From Flavobacteriaceae bacterium (lineage in GTDB: Bacteria; Bacteroidota; Bacteroidia; Flavobacteriales; Flavobacteriaceae): DNA of 64,000 bases. Below are positions 57,851 to 64,000 of this stretch, one piece after another. Position 1 is the stretch's first letter, and each line of letters opens with the position of its first letter. The stretch spans positions 494-64,493 of the forward strand of contig CANFHF010000009.1 in the NCBI GenBank assembly GCA_947446635.1, written 5' to 3'. The position numbers and the translations under genes are program-made. The notes beneath the pieces are model-generated. The model was given only the letters and a program-made list of their open reading frames with translations, was not told the DNA's origin and searched no databases.

Positions 57851-59101
57851 ATGTTGATTTATTTTCGATTGCTAATAGAGAGTTTCCGTTTTGCAACAAA
57901 TGCCTTGCGAAATAATAAATTGCGTACCCTTTTGTCGTTGTTGGGCGTGACCATTGGAATATTTTCAATTATTGCGGTACTGGCTGCCGTGGATTCCTTA
58001 AACAGAAAAATTACCAAAGATTTAAGCTCTTTAGATAAAAACACTATTTATTTGATGAAATTTTCCTTTGGCCCATCCGAAATTCCGGAATGGAAAAGGG
58101 AGCAATTCCCCAATGTAAATTATGCGGAATATATTTATTTGAAAGGGTCAATGACCCATACCGACCAATTGGGTTATCAAATTTTTACCAAAAAAGAATC
58201 CGTAAAATACGAATCCAATACGGTGACAGAGGTGAATATCATTCCGGTTTCCCACGAGTTTATAGACATCCAAGGCCTAGAATTTGAAAAGGGAAGGTTT
58301 TACACCGAATCTGAGGCCAATTCCGCCACGCGAGTGATTGTTATAGGCGACGAAATTGCCAAATCATTGTTTGGAAATGAAGAGTCATTGGGAAAAAAAG
58401 TGCGGCTGTACGGTCAACGTTTCACGGTCATTGGAGTTTTAAAAAAACAGGGGGCGGGTGTTTTTGGCGATAGCAAAGACAGTTCGGCCTACATCCCCGT
58501 TAATTTTGTCAGACAATTGTATGGCGACAATAATAAGGCAATAGTAAATGTTATTATTTTTAAACCCCAAATGGGAGTTGATATGGAAGCCTACAAAGCC
58601 GAAATCACCCAAAAAGTAAGAAGCTTTCGGGGGTTGAAATCCGGAACCATCGACACTTTTTTTATTAATGTTTTCTCGGGCTTTACCGATTTAATTGACG
58701 GAATTATCTCCCAGATGAATCTTGTGGGCTGGATCATTAGTGGTTTTTCGCTTTTGGTGGGTGGATTTGGCATTGCCAACATCATGTTTGTCTCAGTAAA
58801 AGAACGCACCAATCTCATCGGGATTCAAAAATCATTGGGCGCCAAAAACAAATTCATCCTGTTTCAGTTTCTATTCGAAGCCATTATTCTTTCTGTAATA
58901 GGCGGCCTCATAGGGTTGTTCTTGGTTTGGGTTATCGCCTTAGTTTTGACCAAGATCTTCGATTTTGAATTTATTTTAGGAATGGGAAATATTCTTTTAG
59001 GCACCGGATTAGCGGCTTTTATTGGGCTAATTTCAGGTATTTTACCCGCGATTGCCGCCTCAAAACTAGATCCTGTAGAAGCCATTAGAACCGGACTTTA
59101 G
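57851..59101 (+). CDS. ABC transporter permease (MacB/FtsX family)
   Basis: RTLLSLLGVTIGI, GGFGIANIMFVSVKERT, ASKLDPVEAIR. Confidence 0.93.
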   Translation: MLIYFRLLIESFRFATNALRNNKLRTLLSLLGVTIGIFSIIAVLAAVDSLNRKITKDLSSLDKNTIYLMKFSFGPSEIPEWKREQFPNVNYAEYIYLKGSMTHTDQLGYQIFTKKESVKYESNTVTEVNIIPVSHEFIDIQGLEFEKGRFYTESEANSATRVIVIGDEIAKSLFGNEESLGKKVRLYGQRFTVIGVLKKQGAGVFGDSKDSSAYIPVNFVRQLYGDNNKAIVNVIIFKPQMGVDMEAYKAEITQKVRSFRGLKSGTIDTFFINVFSGFTDLIDGIISQMNLVGWIISGFSLLVGGFGIANIMFVSVKERTNLIGIQKSLGAKNKFILFQFLFEAIILSVIGGLIGLFLVWVIALVLTKIFDFEFILGMGNILLGTGLAAFIGLISGILPAIAASKLDPVEAIRTGL

Positions 59102-59162
59102 TCTCGTTGTATTAAGGCCAAATACTGCTAACTTTGACAAAACTTTTTATTACATAAATACA

Positions 59163-59822
59163 TTAGGCTAGCATCATCTCCGGAATTTCACCTTCGATAA
59201 TCAAAGTAGCTTCGGTGGAATCGATAATTTGTTCAACAGAAACCCCTGGTGCCCGTTCCAAGAGCTTAAACCCTTTTGGAGTCACTTCAAGAACGGCCAA
59301 TTCGGTCACTACTTTTTTCACGCAGCCCACGCCGGTTAAAGGCAAAGTACATCGTTTCAAAATCTTTGATTCGCCAGCTTTGTTCACGTGCATCATGGCT
59401 ACAATGATGTTATCGGCCGAGGCCACTAAATCCATAGCGCCTCCCATTCCCTTGACCATTTTTCCGGGGATTTTCCAGTTGGCAATATCTCCGTTTTCGG
59501 CCACTTCCATAGCGCCCAAAATAGTCAAATCGACGTGTTGCCCGCGAATCATCCCGAAACTCATTGCCGAGTCAAAAAAACTAGCTCCCGGCAAGGTGGT
59601 TATGGTTTGTTTTCCGGCATTAATCACGTCTGGATCTTCCTCCCCTTCATAAGGAAAAGGTCCCATTCCCAGAACGCCGTTCTCGCTTTGAAACTCTACA
59701 TCAATTCCTTTGGGGATATAATTGGCCACAAGCGTTGGAATACCAATTCCCAGGTTTACATAATAATTATTTTGAACTTCTTGTGATATTCGTTTTGCGA
59801 TTTGATTTTTATCTATAGCCAT
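59163..59822 (-). CDS. scoB: 3-oxoacid CoA-transferase subunit B
   Basis: NLGIGIP, SENG, NAGKQ, GMGGAMDL. Confidence 0.95.
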   Translation of the reverse strand: MAIDKNQIAKRISQEVQNNYYVNLGIGIPTLVANYIPKGIDVEFQSENGVLGMGPFPYEGEEDPDVINAGKQTITTLPGASFFDSAMSFGMIRGQHVDLTILGAMEVAENGDIANWKIPGKMVKGMGGAMDLVASADNIIVAMMHVNKAGESKILKRCTLPLTGVGCVKKVVTELAVLEVTPKGFKLLERAPGVSVEQIIDSTEATLIIEGEIPEMMLA

Positions 59823-59824
59823 GT

Positions 59825-60526
59825 CTATGCTCTTTTACGAGTGGTAAGTTGCTCAATCCTCTTTTCGTATTTTTCGCCTTGAAAGATTCTTTGAACAAAA
59901 ATTCCGGGAGTATGAATTTGGTTAGGGTCTAGTGTTCCCGCGGGTACCAATTCTTCTACTTCGGCTATGGTGATTTTTGCGGCACCGGCCATACACGGGT
60001 TCAAATTTCGGGCTGTTCCTTTGAAAATGAGGTTTCCTGCGGTGTCGCCTTTCCAAGCTTTTACAATGGCAAAATCAGCTTTGAAAGCGAGTTCCATTAC
60101 ATGCATTTTTCCGTTGAACTCTCTAGTTTCTTTGCCAATGGCGACTTCGGTTCCAAAACCGGCAGGTGTAAAAAAAGCGGGTATGCCAGTTTGTGCTGCG
60201 CGACAACGTTCTGCTAAAGTTCCTTGGGGAAGGAGTTCTACTTCGAGTTCGCCCGAAAGCATTTGGCGTTCGAATTCATCGTTTTCTCCCACATAGGAAG
60301 AAATCATTTTTTTGATTTGTTTTTTTTGAAGTAATAACCCCAATCCAAAATCATCGACGCCCGCATTGTTAGAAATACAGCAGAGATTATGGGTTTGTTT
60401 TTTTACTAGTTCGGCAATCGCATTTTCAGGAATACCACACAATCCGAAACCACCCAGCATTAAGGTCATCCCGTTTTCGATTCCCGCGAGTGCCTCTTGA
60501 ACGTTGTTTACTTTTTTGTTGATCAT
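59825..60526 (-). CDS. scoA: 3-oxoacid CoA-transferase subunit A
   Basis: [32 protein letters not shown]. Start placed at ATG 60526. Confidence 0.95.
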   Translation of the reverse strand: MINKKVNNVQEALAGIENGMTLMLGGFGLCGIPENAIAELVKKQTHNLCCISNNAGVDDFGLGLLLQKKQIKKMISSYVGENDEFERQMLSGELEVELLPQGTLAERCRAAQTGIPAFFTPAGFGTEVAIGKETREFNGKMHVMELAFKADFAIVKAWKGDTAGNLIFKGTARNLNPCMAGAAKITIAEVEELVPAGTLDPNQIHTPGIFVQRIFQGEKYEKRIEQLTTRKRA

Positions 60527-60538
60527 AGCGTCTTTTTT

Positions 60539-60599
60539 TAGCCCGGGTAGAAGAGGAAAACCTTCAAATTTTCCAGCCTCGGGCGCTGGAAATAGCTCC
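60539..60599. repeat. Possible degenerate Flavobacterium intergenic repeat (TAGCCC...GGAAATAGCTCC type)
   Basis: Terminal motifs resemble a repeat recalled from Flavobacteriaceae; single copy in this window. Confidence 0.4.
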
Positions 60600-60649
60600 T
60601 CATTATACAAATCAATAACAAAAAATTGCTGCGTTCCTCGCCAAGACAA

Positions 60650-62959
60650 TTACAACTCGAATTCCCCTGTATCTTGTTGAATGTCAGTGCTATCTTTCAC
60701 TTTTGGGGCGGAATAACAATCGACTTTTATAGAAAGATTTGGGGGTCTGTCGAAATCTTCTTTAGACACCTTAAGTCCGGCATCAGCATAACAAAGTTTC
60801 ATAAAATAACCCCAAACGGGTAATGCAGCTGTTGCTCCTTGGCCATAAGTAATGGTTTTGAATCGCGCCGAACGATCTTCGCATCCTACCCAAACCCCAG
60901 TAACTAGATTGGGAACCATTCCCATAAACCATCCATCCGATTGGTTTTGTGTGGTCCCTGTTTTACCCGCAATTGGATTAGTAAAGGAATAAGGGTAGCC
61001 TGTCCAACGATTGTCCCCATTGCCGCCACCTTGGGTACGCAATCGGGCACCAGACCCTCCTTCGGTAACGCCTTCGAGTAATTTGATGACTGCAAAAGCG
61101 ATATCTTTATTCAACACATCATGCGATTCTGGAATGGGTTCGTAGATGACCACGCCACTTTTGTCTTCTATTCGGGTAACGAATTGTGGTTTGATGTAAA
61201 CGCCTTGGTTGGCAAAGGTGCTGTATGCTGCTACCATATCTTCTACGGTAATATCAACCGCTCCTAAAGCAATGGATGGTTGCACGGGAATTTCGGATTT
61301 TACCCCTAATTTATGCGCCAATTCAACAACGGCCTCAGGACCTGTTTTATCGATTAATTTAGCTGAAATGGTGTTGATAGAATTAGCCAATGCTTGTTTA
61401 AGCGTTACCATCCCGCGGTATTTGTTGTCGGAATTTCTTGGTTCCCAATCCTCGGTCACGTGATGGCGTCCTTTACGAATGATAAAGGGTCCGTCGACAA
61501 TGGTGTCACAAGGCGACATGCCCAATTGTTCGATGGCAGTGGCGTAAACAAAAGGCTTGAATGTGGAGCCCACTTGTCTTGCTCCTTGCCCTACGTGGTC
61601 GTACTGGAAATATTTGTAATTGATACCGCCGACCCAAGCTTTTATGCTACCCGTTTGTGGTTCCATAGCCATAAGACCGGATTGCAGAAAGTGTTTGTAA
61701 TATCGTATAGAATCCAAAGGGGTCATGATGGTATCCCTTTCTCCTTTCCAAGTGAAGACCGTCATTTTTGCCTTTTTGCTGAAAGAGGCAATGATTTCCT
61801 CATCGCTTTTGTCTTGATCTTTTAAAACGGTCCATCTATAGGATGCTTTCATCGCTTGTTTGAGGATGCGTTGGGTTTCGGCATCAGAGATGTTTACAAA
61901 AGGAGCGTTTTTATTGGTTTTGGCCTCAATGAAAAATTGTTCCTGAAGATTTGCCATATGTTTTTCAACGGCTTCTTCGGCATGTAATTGCATTCTGGAA
62001 TCGATGGTCGTGTAAATTTTCAAGCCGTCTTTATAGATATTATAATCCGAACCATCCTCTTTTTTGTTTTCCTCTACCCATTTTTTCATATAATCCCGTA
62101 AATATTCTCTGAAATAGGTAGCGGTTCCTTCGCGGTGGCTTTCCAATTTAAAATGTAAGGTGATAGGCAAGTTTTGCAATTTTTCTTTTTGCCCTTTGGT
62201 AATGAGGTTTCCTTTCTCCATCTGGGCAAGGACCACATTCCTTCGGTTTTTAACCCCTTGAGCGTTTTTTACAGGATTATACAAACCTGAATTTTTAAAC
62301 ATACCCACTAATATTGCCGATTCGTCAATGGTTAAGTCCTTTGGCTCTTTAGAAAAATAAGTTTTCGCGGCGGAACTTACCCCCACAGAATAATTCCCAA
62401 AATCATAGACATTGCAATACATGGCGATGATTTCATTTTTAGTATATTGTCTTTCTAGTCGAATGGCAATAATCCATTCTTTTACTTTTTGAACCATTCT
62501 AAAAGGTAAAAACTTAGAACCTTCACCATGGAACAATTGTTTTGCCAACTGTTGCGTCAAAGTGCTCGCACCACCGCTTGTTCCTAAACTAGCAATAGCT
62601 CTCAAAGTTCCTCTGCCATCGATGCCTGAATGTTCGTAAAAACGCTCGTCTTCGGTCGCAACTAATGCTTGAACAAGGGTTTTAGGCAAGTCGGAATATT
62701 TTAGTTGCGACCTATTTGTTTCGAAATATTTTCCCAAAACAACTCCGTCGGCCGAGATGATTTCAGTAGCTAAATTGGAGTCTGGATTTTCTAAATCTTC
62801 GAAGGAAGGCATTGAGCCAAAAAGTCCCCAAGAGGCAAATAAGAAAAACACTAATAGGCCACCCAAGCCATAAAAGAAAAATTTCCAAAATTTCTTTTTA
62901 TAATGATCGATGTCTTTTGCTATATCTTTTGCCGAGGCATTGTTTTTTTGAGCCGCCAT
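60650..62959 (-). CDS. mrcA: Class A penicillin-binding protein 1A
   Basis: EDERFYEH.GID, GGASTLTQQLAK, GSTFKP (SxxK), SIN, GKTGTT. Confidence 0.93.
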   Translation of the reverse strand: MAAQKNNASAKDIAKDIDHYKKKFWKFFFYGLGGLLVFFLFASWGLFGSMPSFEDLENPDSNLATEIISADGVVLGKYFETNRSQLKYSDLPKTLVQALVATEDERFYEHSGIDGRGTLRAIASLGTSGGASTLTQQLAKQLFHGEGSKFLPFRMVQKVKEWIIAIRLERQYTKNEIIAMYCNVYDFGNYSVGVSSAAKTYFSKEPKDLTIDESAILVGMFKNSGLYNPVKNAQGVKNRRNVVLAQMEKGNLITKGQKEKLQNLPITLHFKLESHREGTATYFREYLRDYMKKWVEENKKEDGSDYNIYKDGLKIYTTIDSRMQLHAEEAVEKHMANLQEQFFIEAKTNKNAPFVNISDAETQRILKQAMKASYRWTVLKDQDKSDEEIIASFSKKAKMTVFTWKGERDTIMTPLDSIRYYKHFLQSGLMAMEPQTGSIKAWVGGINYKYFQYDHVGQGARQVGSTFKPFVYATAIEQLGMSPCDTIVDGPFIIRKGRHHVTEDWEPRNSDNKYRGMVTLKQALANSINTISAKLIDKTGPEAVVELAHKLGVKSEIPVQPSIALGAVDITVEDMVAAYSTFANQGVYIKPQFVTRIEDKSGVVIYEPIPESHDVLNKDIAFAVIKLLEGVTEGGSGARLRTQGGGNGDNRWTGYPYSFTNPIAGKTGTTQNQSDGWFMGMVPNLVTGVWVGCEDRSARFKTITYGQGATAALPVWGYFMKLCYADAGLKVSKEDFDRPPNLSIKVDCYSAPKVKDSTDIQQDTGEFEL

Positions 62960-62968
62960 AATATTGTT

Positions 62969-63448
62969 TTAATCTATTTTTTCTATTCTAAAACCCACTT
63001 CAGTAATTCCATCTAAATCCTCCACCCCGGGTACTTTTCCGTTTTCTCGGACCGCTTGTTTGATGTGAACTTTATACTTTCCTTTTAAATTTATTTTTTC
63101 TTTGAAAAACAACTTACTTTCCTTAAGATCAGAAAAACCATCGCCTAGAAGCGTTCCGTCGGAATTTGCCATTTGGTACTCAAGCGTATCCACTTTTGTA
63201 AATCCATTAGGTCTTTCCATCGCCACAATTAAAAAGAGATTGTTAAAAGGATAGCTATTATTAGCTCTCAAATTAACGAATAAATTGTAGTTTTTTGTGG
63301 AATCCAATACGGGTAATTCGAATGTTACAATGCTGTCTTTATTCCATGTATTTCCCACGGATTTGTATTCGTCAAAAACTCTTTTTTTATCACATGAAAA
63401 AAAGAGAAATACCACTAGAAGTAGTAATACACTATTCTTTATTCTCAT
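62969..63448 (-). CDS. gldH: Gliding motility lipoprotein GldH
   Basis: Lipobox FFSCD; YPFNNLFL, DTLEY, G.LLG.GF, GITEVG.RIE; follows the PSP1-domain gene as is usual in Flavobacteriia. Confidence 0.88.
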   Translation of the reverse strand: MRIKNSVLLLLVVFLFFSCDKKRVFDEYKSVGNTWNKDSIVTFELPVLDSTKNYNLFVNLRANNSYPFNNLFLIVAMERPNGFTKVDTLEYQMANSDGTLLGDGFSDLKESKLFFKEKINLKGKYKVHIKQAVRENGKVPGVEDLDGITEVGFRIEKID

Positions 63449-64000
63449 TTTTAGTGATTATAATGGGTTTTCTAGCTATTACGGGTTTTGCCTCCTCTTT
63501 TCTATTAGGCCTAGAATTACTGTTTGGTTTGTTGTTATTATTATTGGCAACAATCAGATTTTCTCCGCCTGATTTGCGTTTATTATTTGATTTTTTCTTT
63601 TTCTTGGGTTGGTCAAAACGGGTTAGGCTTTCCTGACCCATGGCGTTATTAAAATGTTTTTCTGGTTCTTGAACAATTTCAATAGCATAATCTTCAAGGG
63701 AAGTGACTTTATTTTTTAGCTTGTTTTCAGAGAGAATTTCTTTTACCTGTTCGATTTTTAACACATGCCAATTGGCAAAATCATTGGTGTAAGCAAACCA
63801 CATTAATCCCTTGAAAATATCCTGTTTTTGGCAAATAGCATCTCCTTTTTCGGTTACTAATTTAGTGTCAAAATCAGGAAACCCTTTTAGGGCGTCCATA
63901 TAAGTGTCAAGTTCATAATTCAAGCAGCATTTTAATTTGCCACATTGTCCGGCTAGTTTCTGAGGGTTTAGAGATAGTTGTTGGTAACGCGCCGCGGAAG
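63432..64000 (-). CDS. PSP1/RicT-domain protein, 5' end outside the window
   Basis: The frame extends to the window edge as SAARYQQLSLNPQKLAGQCGKLKCCLNYELD. Confidence 0.9.
   Translation of the reverse strand, partial: SAARYQQLSLNPQKLAGQCGKLKCCLNYELDTYMDALKGFPDFDTKLVTEKGDAICQKQDIFKGLMWFAYTNDFANWHVLKIEQVKEILSENKLKNKVTSLEDYAIEIVQEPEKHFNNAMGQESLTRFDQPKKKKKSNNKRKSGGENLIVANNNNNKPNSNSRPNRKEEAKPVIARKPIIITKNENKE

Noticed and set aside
60527-60649. 41-aa N-terminal extension of ScoA in the ORF track
   Set aside because: Starts at a TTG abutting the PBP1A stop and runs through a repeat-like intergenic element; the recognisable protein starts at MINKKV (60526).

Overview
AT-rich Bacteroidota chromosome segment, very likely Flavobacterium (gldH, mevalonate-pathway genes, TAnnTTTG promoters). 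Most of it is core genes: bioF, atpCD, glmS, panCD, radA, queD, lpxH, recJ, coaX, lptC, mvaA, POT transporters, comEC, lpxB, surE, prc, rodA-mrdA-mreDCB, purH, scoAB, PBP1A, gldH, plus tRNA-Ala(GGC) and tRNA-Phe(GAA). Three accessory regions stand out. (1) 1-5126 is the right end of an integrative element in a tRNA 3' end. It carries an intact tyrosine integrase, an excisionase-like HTH and an 800-aa orphan whose central region has the A/B/C catalytic motifs of PolA/T7-RNAP-type (TV-Pol-like) polymerases. (2) About 19050-22850 is an integrase-less islet downstream of tRNA-Ala. It holds a toxin-first GNAT + HigA-like pair with a palindromic operator, and a 58-aa HTH gene missing from the ORF track. 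(3) 41240-42766 is a REP-associated tyrosine transposase (RAYT) module with seven REP-like units and a REP-bracketed cargo membrane gene. It is flanked by a ~105-bp duplication of the converging trx/comEC gene ends, in which the orphan comEC end is a diverged but still in-frame allele. All assignments come from reading motifs and gene context; no database searches were run.
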